Positions 10,725 to 22,384 of a stretch of DNA of 64,000 nucleotides are shown here, piece after piece. The notes under the pieces were generated by a model, which did not search any database, had not been told where the DNA came from, and saw only the letters and a list, made by a program, of their open reading frames with translations. The DNA is from Squalus acanthias (lineage: Eukaryota), in contig CM059433.1 of the NCBI GenBank assembly GCA_030390025.1, positions 4,464,001 through 4,528,000 on the forward strand. Reading direction: 5' to 3'. A program made the translations under genes and the position numbers. The stretch's first letter is position 1; every line of letters starts with the position of its first letter.

Positions 10725-13700
10725 TGTGTATCTGTGAGTGTGTGTGTGTGTGTGTCTGTGTCTGTCTGTGAGTGTGTGTGTGTGTGTGTGTGTGTCTGTG
10801 TGTGTGTGAGTGTGTGTGTGTGTCTGAGTGTGTGTGTGTGTCTGTGTGTGTGTGTCTGTGAGTGTGTGTGTGTCTGAGTGTGAGTGTGTGTGTGTCTGTG
10901 AGTGTGTGTGTCTGAGTGTGAGTGTGTGTGTGTCTGTGAGTGTGTGTCTGTGAGTGTGTGTGTGTGAGTGTGTGTATCTGTGAGTGTGTGCGTGAGTGTG
11001 AGTGTGTGTCTGTGAGTGTGTGTGTGTGAGTGAGTGTGAGTGTGTGTGTGTGTGAGTGTGTGTGTGTCTGTGAGTGTGTGTCTGTGAGTGTGTGTGTGTG
11101 TGTGTGTCTCAGTGTGTGTCTGTGTGTGTGTGTGTCTGTGAGTGTGTGTGTCTGTGAGTGTGTGTGTGTGTCTGTGAGTGTGTGTGTGTGTGTGAGTGTG
11201 TGAGTGTGTGTGTGTGTCTGAGTGTGTGTGTGTCTGTGAGTGTGTGTGTGTGTGTCTGAGTGTGTGTCTGTGTGTGTGTGTGTCTGTGAGTGTGTGTGTC
11301 TGTGAGTGTGTGTGTGTGTCTGTGAGTGTGTGTGTGTGTCTGAGTGTGTGTGTGTCTGTGTGTGTCTGTGTCTGTGAGTGTGTGTGTGTCTGTGAGTGTG
11401 TGTGTGTCTGTGAGTGTGTGTGTCTGAGTGTGTGTCTGTCTGTGTGTGTGTGTGTCTGTGAGTGTGTGTGTGTCTGTGTGTGTGTGTGTCTGAGTGTGTG
11501 TGTGTGTGTCTGTGAGTGTGTGTGTGTGTCTGTGAGTGTGTGTCTGAGTGTGTGTGTGTCTGTGAGTGTGTGTGTCTGTGAGTGTGTGTGTGTGTGAGTG
11601 TGTGTGTCTGTGTGTGTGTGTCTGTGAGTGTGTGTGTGTGTGTCTGTGAGTGTGTGTGTCTGAGTGTGTGTGTGTCTGAGTGTGTGTGTCTGAGTGTGTG
11701 TGTCTGAGTGTGTGTGTGTCTGAGTGTGTGTGTGTCTGTGTGTGTGTGTCTGAGTGTGTGTGTCTGTGAGTGTGTGTGTGTCTGTGAGTGTGTGTGTGTG
11801 TGTCTGAGTGTGTGTGTCTGAGTGTGTGTGTGTGTCTGTGTGTGTGTCTGTGTGTGTGTGTCTGTGTGTGTCTGTGAGTGTGTGTGTGTGTGTGTCTGTG
11901 AGTGTGTGTGTGTGTGTCTGAGTGTGTGTGTGTGTCTGTGTGTGTCTGAGTGTGTGTGTCTGAGTGTGTGTGTGTCTGAGTGTGTGTGTCTGAGTGTGTG
12001 TGAGTGTGTGTGTCTGAGTGTGTGTGTGTCTGTGTGTGTGTGTGTGTGTGTGTGTCTGAGTGTGTGTGTGTGTGTGTGTGTCTGTGTGTCTGTGAGTGTG
12101 TGTCTGTGAGTGTGTGTGTGTGAGTGTGTGTATCTGTGAGTGTGTGTGTGAGTGTGAGTGTGTGTCTGTGAGTGTGTGTGTGTGTGTGTGTGTGTCTGTG
12201 AGTGTGTGTCTGTGAGTGTGTGTGTGTGAGTGTGTGTATCTGTGAGTGTGTGTGTGAGTGTGAGTGTGTGTCTGTGAGTGTGTGTGTGTGTGTGAGTGTG
12301 TGTGTGTCTGTGAGTGTGTGTGTGTGTGTCTGTGAGTGTGTGTGTGTGTGTGTGTCTGAGTGTGTGTCTGTGTGTGTGTGTGTGTGTGTGTCTGTGAGTG
12401 TGTGTGTCTGTGAGTGTGTGTGTGTGTCTGAGTGTGTGTGTGTCTGTGAGTGTGTGTGTGTGTGTGTCTGAGTGTGTGTCTGTGTGTGTGTGTGTCTGTG
12501 AGTGTGTGTGTCTGTGAGTGTGTGTGTGTGTCTGTGAGTGTGTGTGTGTGTCTGAGTGTGTGTGTCTGTGTGTGTCTGTGTCTGTGAGTGTGTGTGTGTC
12601 TGTGAGTGTGTGTGTGTCTGTGAGTGTGTGTGTCTGTCTGTGTGTGTGTGTGTCTGTGAGTGTGTGTGTGTGTGTGTCTGTGTGTGTGTGTGTGTCTGAG
12701 TGTGTGTGTGTGTGTCTGTGAGTGTGTGTCTGAGTGTGTGTGTGTGTCTGTGAGTGTGTGTGTCTGTGAGTGTGTGTCTGTGTGTGTGTGTGTGTGAGTG
12801 TGTGTGTCTGAGTGTGTGTGTGTGTCTGTGAGTGTGTGTGTGTGTGTCTGTGAGTGTGTGTGTCTGAGTGTGTGTGTGTCTGAGTGTGTGTGTCTGAGTG
12901 TGTGTGTGTCTGAGTGTGTGTGTGTCTGAGTGTGTGTGTCTGTGAGCGTGTGTGTGTCTGTGAGTGTGTGTGTGTGTGTCTGAGTGTGTGTGTCTGAGTG
13001 TGTGTGTGTGTCTGTGTGTGTGTCTGTGTGTGTGTGTCTGTGTGTGTCTGTGAGTGTGTGTGTGTGTGTGTGTCTGTGAGTGTGTGTGTGTGTGTCTGAG
13101 TGTGTGTGTCTGAGTGTGTGTGTGTGTGTCTGAGTGTGTGTGTGTGTCTGAGTGTGTGTGTCTGAGTGTGTGTCTGAGTGTGTGTGTGTGTGCGTCTGTG
13201 TGTGTGCGTCTGTGTGTGTGTGTCTGAGTGTGTGTGTCTGTGAGTGTGTGTGTGTGTGTCTGAGTGTGTGTGTGTCTGAGTGTGTGTGTGTGTGTCTGAG
13301 TGTGTGTGTCTGAGTGTGTGTGTGTGTGTCTGAGTGTGTGTGTGTGTGTCTGTGTGTGTGTGTCTGTGTGTGTGTGTCTGAGTGTGTGTGTCTGTGAGTG
13401 TGTGTGTGTGTGTGTCTGAGTGTGTGTGTCTGTGTGTGTGTGTCTGTGAGTGTGTGTGTGTGTGTGTGTGTCTGAGTGTGTGTGTGTGTGTCTGAGTGTG
13501 TGTGTGTGTGTCTGAGTGTGTGTGAGTGTGTCTGTGAGTGTGTGAGTGTGTCTGTGAGTGTGTGTGTGTGAGTGTGTCTGTGAGTGTGTGTGTGTGAGTG
13601 TGTGAGTGTGTCTGTGAGTGTGTGTGAGTGTGTCTGTGAGTGTGTGTCTGTGAGTGTGTGTGTGTGTGTCTGAGTGTGTGTGTGTGTGTCTGAGTGTGTG

Positions 13701-13854
13701 TGTGTGTGTCTGAGTGTGTGTGTGTGTGTGTCAGTGTGTGTGTGTGTCTGTGAGTGTGTGAGTGTGTGTCTGTGAGTGTGTGTGTGTGAGTGTGTGTATC
13801 TGTGAGGGTGTGTGTGAGTGTGAGTGTGTGTCTGTGAGTGTGTGTGTGTGAGTG

Positions 13855-13892
<38 letters not shown>

Positions 13893-16465
13893 TGTGTGTG
13901 TGTGTGAGTGTGTGTGTGAGTGTGTGTGTGTCTGTGAGTGTGTGTGTGTGTGTCTGTGAGTGTGTGTGTGTGTGTCTGAGTGTGTGTGTGTGTGAGTGTG
14001 TGTGTGAGTGTGTGTGTGTCTGTGAGTGTGTGTGTGTGTGTCTGTGAGTGTGTGTGTGTGTGTGTGTCTGAGTGTGTGTCTGTGTGTGTGTGTGTCTGTG
14101 AGTGTGTGTGTGTGTCTGAGTGTGTGTCTGTGTGTGTGTGTGTCTGTGAGTGTGTGTGTCTGTGAGTGTGTGTGTGTGTCTGTGAGTGTGTGTGTGTGTC
14201 TGAGTGTGTGTGTGTCTGTGTCTGTGAGTGTGTGTGTGTCTGTGAGTGTGTGTGTGTCTGTGAGTGTGTGTGTGTCTGTGAGTGTGTGTGTCTGAGTGTG
14301 TGTCTGTCTGTGTGTGTGTGTGTCTGTGAGTGTGTGTGTGTGTCTGTGAGTGTGTGTGTGTGTCATGTGTGTGGGTGTGTCTGAGTGTGTGTGTGTGTGT
14401 CTGTGAGTGTGTGTGTGTGTCTGTGAGTGTGTGTCTGAGTGTGTGTGTGTGTCTGTGAGTGTGTGTGTGAGTGTGTGTGTCTGAGTGTGTGTGTGTGTCT
14501 GTGAGTGTGTGTGTGTGTGTCTGTGAGTGTGTGTGTCTGTGAGTGTGTGTGTCTGAGTGTGTGTGTGTCTGAGTGTGTGTGTCTGAGTGTGTGTGTGTCT
14601 GAGTGTGTGTGTGTCTGTGTGTGTGTGTCTGTGAGTGTGTGTGTGTCTGTGAGTGTGTGTGTGTGTGTCTGAGTGTGTGTGTCTGAGTGTGTGTGTCTGA
14701 GTGTGTGTGTGTGTCTGTGTGTGTGTCTGTGTGTGTGTGTCTGTGTGTGTCTGTGAGTGTGTGTGTGTGTGTGTGTGTGTCTGAGTGTGTGTGTCTGAGT
14801 GTGTGTCTGAGTGTGTGTGTGTGAATCTGTGTGTGTGTGTCTGTGTGTGTGTGTCTGAGTGTGTGTGTGTGTGTCTGAGAATGTGTGTGTGTGTCTGAGT
14901 GTGTGTGTCTGAGTGTGTGTGTGTGTCTGTGTGTGTGTGTCTGTGTGTGTGTGTCTGAGTGTGTGTGTCTGTGAGTGTGTGTGTGTGTGTGTCTGAGTGT
15001 GTGTGTCTGTGTGTGTGTGTCTGAGTGTGTGTGTCTGTGAGTGTGTGTGTGTGTGTGTGTCTGAGTGTGTGTGTGTGTGTGTGTCTGAGTGTGTGTGAGT
15101 GTGTCTGTGAGTGTGTGAGTGTGTCTGTGAGTGTGTGTGTGTGAGTGTGTCTGTGAGTGTGTGTGTGTGAGTGTGTGAGTGTGTCTGTGAGTGTGTGTGA
15201 GTGTGTCTGTGAGTGTGTGTGTGTGTGTCTGAGTGTGTGTGTGTGTGTCTGAGTGTGTGTGTGTGTGTCTGAGTGTGTGTGTGTGTCTGTGAGTGAGTGT
15301 GTGTGAGTGTGTCTGAGTGTGTGTGTGTGTCTGAGTGTGTGTGTGTGTGTCTGAGTGTGTGTGTGTGTGTCTGAGTGTGTGTGTGTGTGTGAGTGTGTGT
15401 GTGTGTCTGAGTGTGTGTGTGTGTGTGAGTGTGTGTGTGAGTGAGTGTGTGTGAGTGTGTCTGAGTGTGTGTGTGTGTGTGTCTGAGTGTGTGTGTGTGT
15501 GTCTGAGTGTGTGTGTGTGTGTCTGAGTGTGTGTGTGTGTGTCTGTGAGTGTGTGAGTGAGTGTGTGTGAGTGTGTGTGTGAGTGTGTGTCTGAGTGTGT
15601 GTGTCTGAGTGTGTGTGTGTGTCTGTGTGTGTGTCTGTGTGTGTGTGTCTGTGTGTGTCTGTGAGTGTGTGTGTGTGTGTGTGTCTGTGAGTGTGTGTGT
15701 GTGTGTCTGAGTGTGTGTGTCTGAGTGTGTGTGTGTGTGTCTGAGTGTGTGTGTGTGTCTGAGTGTGTGTGTCTGAGTGTGTGTCTGAGTGTGTGTGTGT
15801 GTGCGTCTGTGTGTGTGCGTCTGTGTGTGTGTGTCTGAGTGTGTGTGTCTGTGAGTGTGTGTGTGTGTGTCTGAGTGTGTGTGTGTCTGAGTGTGTGTGT
15901 GTGTGTCTGAGTGTGTGTGTCTGAGTGTGTGTGTGTGTGTCTGAGTGTGTGTGTGTGTGTCTGTGTGTGTGTGTCTGTGTGTGTGTGTCTGAGTGTGTGT
16001 GTCTGTGAGTGTGTGTGTGTGTGTGTCTGAGTGTGTGTGTCTGTGTGTGTGTGTCTGTGAGTGTGTGTGTGTGTGTGTGTGTCTGAGTGTGTGTGTGTGT
16101 GTCTGAGTGTGTGTGTGTGTGTCTGAGTGTGTGTGAGTGTGTCTGTGAGTGTGTGAGTGTGTCTGTGAGTGTGTGTGTGTGAGTGTGTCTGTGAGTGTGT
16201 GTGTGTGAGTGTGTGAGTGTGTCTGTGAGTGTGTGTGAGTGTGTCTGTGAGTGTGTGTCTGTGAGTGTGTGTGTGTGTGTCTGAGTGTGTGTGTGTGTGT
16301 CTGAGTGTGTGTGTGTGTGTCTGAGTGTGTGTGTGTGTGTGTCAGTGTGTGTGTGTGTCTGTGAGTGTGTGAGTGTGTGTCTGTGAGTGTGTGTGTGTGA
16401 GTGTGTGTATCTGTGAGGGTGTGTGTGAGTGTGAGTGTGTGTCTGTGAGTGTGTGTGTGTGAGTG

Positions 16466-16497
<32 letters not shown>

Positions 16498-19400
16498 AGT
16501 GTGTGTGTGTGTGAGTGTGTGTGTGAGTGTGTGTGTGTCTGTGAGTGTGTGTGTGTGTGTCTGTGAGTGTGTGTGTGTGTGTGTGTCTGAGTGTGTGTCT
16601 GTGTGTGTGTGTGTCTGTGAGTGTGTGTGTGTGTGTCTGAGTGTGTGTCTGTGTGTGTGTGTGTCTGTGAGTGTGTGTGTCTGTGAGTGTGTGTGTGTGT
16701 CTGTGAGTGTGTGTGTGTGTCTGAGTGTGTGTGTGTCTGTGTCTGTGAGTGTGTGTGTGTCTGTGAGTGTGTGTGTGTCTGTGAGTGTGTGTGTGTCTGT
16801 GAGTGTGTGTGTCTGAGTGTGTGTCTGTCTGTGTGTGTGTGTGTCTGTGAGTGTGTGTGTGTGTCTGTGAGTGTGTGTGTGTGTCATGTGTGTGGGTGTG
16901 TCTGAGTGTGTGTGTGTGTGTCTGTGAGTGTGTGTGTGTGTCTGTGAGTGTGTGTCTGAGTGTGTGTGTGTGTGTGTGAGTGTGTGTGTGAGTGTGTGTG
17001 TCTGAGTGTGTGTGTGTGTCTGTGAGTGTGTGTGTGTGTGTCTGTGAGTGTGTGTGTCTGTGAGTGTGTGTGTCTGTGAGTGTGTGTGTCTGAGTGTGTG
17101 TGTGTCTGAGTGTGTGTGTCTGAGTGTGTGTGTGTCTGAGTGTGTGTGTGTCTGTGTGTGTGTGTCTGTGAGTGTGTGTGTGTCTGTGAGTGTGTGTGTG
17201 TGTGTCTGAGTGTGTGTGTCTGAGTGTGTGTGTCTGAGTGTGTGTGTGTGTCTGTGTGTGTGTCTGTGTGTGTGTGTCTGTGTGTGTCTGTGAGTGTGTG
17301 TGTGTGTGTGTGTGTGTCTGAGTGTGTGTGTCTGAGTGTGTGTCTGAGTGTGTGTGTGTGCATCTGTGTGTGTGTGTCTGTGTGTGTGTGTCTGAGTGTG
17401 TGTGTGTGTGTCTGAGAATGTGTGTGTGTGTCTGAGTGTGTGTGTCTGAGTGTGTGTGTGTGTCTGTGTGTGTGTGTCTGTGTGTGTGTGTCTGAGTGTG
17501 TGTGTCTGTGAGTGTGTGTGTGTGTGTGTCTGAGTGTGTGTGTCTGTGTGTGTGTGTCTGAGTGTGTGTGTCTGTGAGTGTGTGTGTGTGTGTGTGTCTG
17601 AGTGTGTGTGTGTGTCTGAGTGTGTGTGTGTGTGTCTGAGTGTGTGTGAGTGTGTCTGTGAGTGTGTGAGTGTGTCTGTGAGTGTGTGTGTGTGAGTGTG
17701 TCTGTGAGTGTGTGTGTGTGAGTGTGTGAGTGTGTCTGTGAGTGTGTGTGAGTGTGTCTGTGAGTGTGTGTGTGTGTGTCTGAGTGTGTGTGTGTGTGTC
17801 TGAGTGTGTGTGTGTGTGTCTGAGTGTGTGTGTGTGTCTGTGAGTGAGTGTGTGTGAGTGTGTCTGAGTGTGTGTGTGTGTCTGAGTGTGTGTGTGTGTG
17901 TCTGAGTGTGTGTGTGTGTGTCTGAGTGTGTGTGTGTGTGTGAGTGTGTGTGTGTGTCTGAGTGTGTGTGTGTGTGTGAGTGTGTGTGTGAGTGAGTGTG
18001 TGTGAGTGTGTCTGAGTGTGTGTGTGTGTGTGTCTGAGTGTGTGTGTGTGTGTCTGAGTGTGTGTGTGTGTGTCTGAGTGTGTGTGTGTGTGTCTGTGAG
18101 TGTGTGAGTGAGTGTGTGTGAGTGTGTGTGTGAGTGTGTGTCTGAGTGTGTGTGTCTGAGTGTGTGTGTGTGTGTCTGAGTGTGTGTGTGTGTGTCTGTG
18201 TGTCCGTGTGTGTGTGTCTGAGTGTGAGTGTGAGTGTCTGTGAGTGTGTGTCTGTGAGTGTGTGTGTGTGTGTCTGTGAGTGTGTGTGTCTGAGTGTGTG
18301 TGTGTCTGAGTGTGTGTGTCTGAGTGTGTGTGTCTGAGTGTGTGTGTGTCTGAGTGTGTGTGTGTCTGTGTGTGTGTGTCTGAGTGTGTGTGTCTGTGAG
18401 TGTGTGTGTGTCTGTGAGTGTGTGTGTGTGTCTGAGTGTGTGTGTCTGAGTGTGTGTGTGTGTCTGTGTGTGTGTCTGTGTGTGTGTGTCTGTGTGTGTC
18501 TGTGAGTGTGTGTGTGTGTGTGTGTCTGTGAGTGTGTGTGTGTGTGTCTGAGTGTGTGTGTCTGAGTGTGTGTGTGTGTCTGAGTGTGTGTGTCTGAGTG
18601 TGTGTGTGTCTGAGTGTGTGTGTCTGAGTGTGTGTGAGTGTGTGTGTCTGAGTGTGTGTGTGTCTGTGTGTGTGTGTGTGTGTGTGTGTCTGAGTGTGTC
18701 TGTGAGTGTGTGTGAGTGTGTCTGTGAGTGTGTGTGTGTGTGTCTGAGTGTGTGTGTGTGTGTCTGAGTGTGTGTGTGTGTGTCTGAGTGTGTGTGTGTG
18801 TCTGTGAGTGAGTGTGTGTGAGTGTGTCTGAGTGTGTGTGTGTGTCTGAGTGTGTGTGTGTGTGTCTGAGTGTGTGTGTGTGTGTCTGAGTGTGTGTGTG
18901 TGTGTGAGTGTGTGTGTGTGTCTGAGTGTGTGTGTGTGTGTGAGTGTGTGTGTGAGTGAGTGTGTGTGAGTGTGTCTGAGTGTGTGTGTGTGTGTGTCTG
19001 AGTGTGTGTGTGTGTGTCTGAGTGTGTGTGTGTGTGTCTGAGTGTGTGTGTGTGTGTCTGTGGGTGTGTGAGTGAGTGTGTGTGAGTGTGTGTGTGAGTG
19101 TGTGTCTGAGTGTGTGTGTCTGAGTGTGTGTGTGTGTGTGTCTGAGTGTGTGTGTGTGTGTCTGTGTGTCCGTGTGTGTGTGTCTGAGTGTGAGTGTGTG
19201 TGTCTGTGAGTGTGTGTCTGTGAGTGTGTGTGTGTGTGTCTGTGAGTGTGTGTGTCTGAGTGTGTGTGTGTCTGAGTGTGTGTGTCTGAGTGTGTGTGTC
19301 TGAGTGTGTGTGTGTCTGAGTGTGTGTGTGTCTGTGTGTGTGTGTCTGAGTGTGTGTATCTGTGAGTGTGTGTGTGTCTGTGAGTGTGTGTGTGTGTCTG

Positions 19401-22353
19401 AGTGTGTGTGTCTGAGTGTGTGTGTGTGTCTGTGTGTGTGTCTGTGTGTGTGTGTCTGTGTGTGTCTGTGAGTGTGTGTGTGTGTGTGTGTGTCTGTGAG
19501 TGTGTGTGTGTGTGTGTCTGAGTGTGTGTGTCTGAGTGTGTGTGTGTGTCTGAGTGTGTGTGTCTGAGTGTGTGTGTGTCTGAGTGTGTGTGTCTGAGTG
19601 TGTGTGAGTGTGTGTGTCTGAGTGTGTGTGTGTCTGTGTGTGTGTGTGTGTGTGTGTGTCTGAGTGTGTGTGTGTGTGTGTGTGTCTGTGTGTCTGTGAG
19701 TGTGTGTCTGTGAGTGTGTGTGTGTGAGTGTGTGTATCTGTGAGTGTGTGTGTGAGTGTGAGTGTGTGTCTGTGAGTGTGTGTGTGTGTGTGTGTGTGTC
19801 TGTGAGTGTGTGTCTGTGAGTGTGTGTGTGTGAGTGTGTGTATCTGTGAGTGTGTGTGTGAGTGTGAGTGTGTGTCTGTGAGTGTGTGTGTGTGTGTGAG
19901 TGTGTGTGTGTCTGTGAGTGTGTGTGTGTGTGTCTGTGAGTGTGTGTGTGTGTGTGTGTCTGAGTGTGTGTCTGTGTGTGTGTGTGTCTGTGAGTGTGTG
20001 TGTCTGTGAGTGTGTGTGTGTGTCTGAGTGTGTGTGTGTCTGTGAGTGTGTGTGTGTGTGTGTCTGAGTGTGTGTCTGTGTGTGTGTGTGTCTGTGAGTG
20101 TGTGTGTCTGTGAGTGTGTGTGTGTGTCTGTGAGTGTGTGTGTGTGTCTGAGTGTGTGTGTCTGTGTGTGTCTGTGTCTGTGAGTGTGTGTGTGTCTGTG
20201 AGTGTGTGTGTGTCTGTGAGTGTGTGTGTCTGTCTGTGTGTGTGTGTGTCTGTGAGTGTGTGTGTGTGTGTGTGTCTGTGTGTGTGTGTGTCTGAGTGTG
20301 TGTGTGTGTGTCTGTGAGTGTGTGTCTGAGTGTGTGTGTGTGTCTGTGAGTGTGTGTGTCTGTGAGTGTGTGTCTGTGTGTGTGTGTGTGTGAGTGTGTG
20401 TGTCTGAGTGTGTGTGTGTGTCTGTGAGTGTGTGTGTGTGTGTCTGTGAGTGTGTGTGTCTGAGTGTGTGTGTGTCTGAGTGTGTGTGTCTGAGTGTGTG
20501 TGTGTCTGAGTGTGTGTGTGTCTGTGTGTGTGTGTCTGAGTGTGTGTGTCTGTGAGTGTGTGTGTGTCTGTGAGTGTGTGTGTGTGTCTGAGTGTGTGTG
20601 TCTGAGTGTGTGTGTGTGTCTGTGTGTGTGTCTGTGTGTGTGTGTCTGTGTGTGTCTGTGAGTGTGTGTGTGTGTGTGTGTCTGTGAGTGTGTGTGTGTG
20701 TGTCTGAGTGTGTGTGTCTGAGTGTGTGTGTGTGTGTCTGAGTGTGTGTGTGTGTCTGAGTGTGTGTGTCTGAGTGTGTGTCTGAGTGTGTGTGTGTGTG
20801 CGTCTGTGTGTGTGCGTCTGTGTGTGTGTGTCTGAGTGTGTGTGTCTGTGAGTGTGTGTGTGTGTGTCTGAGTGTGTGTGTGTCTGAGTGTGTGTGTGTG
20901 TGTCTGAGTGTGTGTGTCTGAGTGTGTGTGTGTGTGTCTGAGTGTGTGTGTGTGTGTCTGTGTGTGTGTGTCTGTGTGTGTGTGTCTGAGTGTGTGTGTC
21001 TGTGAGTGTGTGTGTGTGTGTGTCTGAGTGTGTGTGTCTGTGTGTGTGTGTCTGTGAGTGTGTGTGTGTGTGTGTGTGTCTGAGTGTGTGTGTGTGTGTC
21101 TGAGTGTGTGTGTGTGTGTCTGAGTGTGTGTGAGTGTGTCTGTGAGTGTGTGAGTGTGTCTGTGAGTGTGTGTGTGTGAGTGTGTCTGTGAGTGTGTGTG
21201 TGTGAGTGTGTGAGTGTGTCTGTGAGTGTGTGTGAGTGTGTCTGTGAGTGTGTGTCTGTGAGTGTGTGTGTGTGTGTCTGAGTGTGTGTGTGTGTGTCTG
21301 AGTGTGTGTGTGTGTGTCTGAGTGTGTGTGTGTGTGTGTCAGTGTGTGTGTGTGTCTGTGAGTGTGTGAGTGTGTGTCTGTGAGTGTGTGTGTGTGAGTG
21401 TGTGTATCTGTGAGGGTGTGTGTGAGTGTGAGTGTGTGTCTGTGAGTGTGTGTGTGTGAGTGAGTGTGAGTGTGTGTGTGTGTGTGTGTGAGTGTGTGTG
21501 TGTGTGAGTGTGTGTGTGAGTGTGTGTGTGTCTGTGAGTGTGTGTGTGTGTGTCTGTGAGTGTGTGTGTGTGTGTCTGAGTGTGTGTGTGTGTGAGTGTG
21601 TGTGTGAGTGCGTGTGTGTCTGTGAGTGTGTGTGTGTGTGTCTGTGAGTGTGTGTGTGTGTGTGTGTCTGAGTGTGTGTCTGTGTGTGTGTGTGTCTGTG
21701 AGTGTGTGTGTGTGTGTCTGAGTGTGTGTCTGTGTGTGTGTGTGTCTGTGAGTGTGTGTGTCTGTGAGTGTGTGTGTGTGTCTGTGAGTGTGTGTGTGTG
21801 TCTGAGTGTGTGTGTGTCTGTGTCTGTGAGTGTGTGTGTGTCTGTGAGTGTGTGTGTGTCTGTGAGTGTGTGTGTGTCTGTGAGTGTGTGTGTCTGAGTG
21901 TGTGTCTGTCTGTGTGTGTGTGTGTCTGTGAGTGTGTGTGTGTGTCTGTGAGTGTGTGTGTGTGTCATGTGTGTGGGTGTGTCTGAGTGTGTGTGTGTGT
22001 GTCTGTGAGTGTGTGTGTGTGTCTGTGAGTGTGTGTCTGAGTGTGTGTGTGTGTCTGTGAGTGTGTGTGTGAGTGTGTGTGTCTGAGTGTGTGTGTGTGT
22101 CTGTGAGTGTGTGTGTGTGTGTCTGTGAGTGTGTGTGTCTGTGAGTGTGTGTGTCTGAGTGTGTGTGTGTCTGAGTGTGTGTGTCTGAGTGTGTGTGTGT
22201 CTGAGTGTGTGTGTGTCTGTGTGTGTGTGTCTGTGAGTGTGTGTGTGTCTGTGAGTGTGTGTGTGTGTGTCTGAGTGTGTGTGTCTGAGTGTGTGTGTCT
22301 GAGTGTGTGTGTGTGTCTGTGTGTGTGTCTGTGTGTGTGTGTCTGTGTGTGTC

Positions 22354-22384
<31 letters not shown>
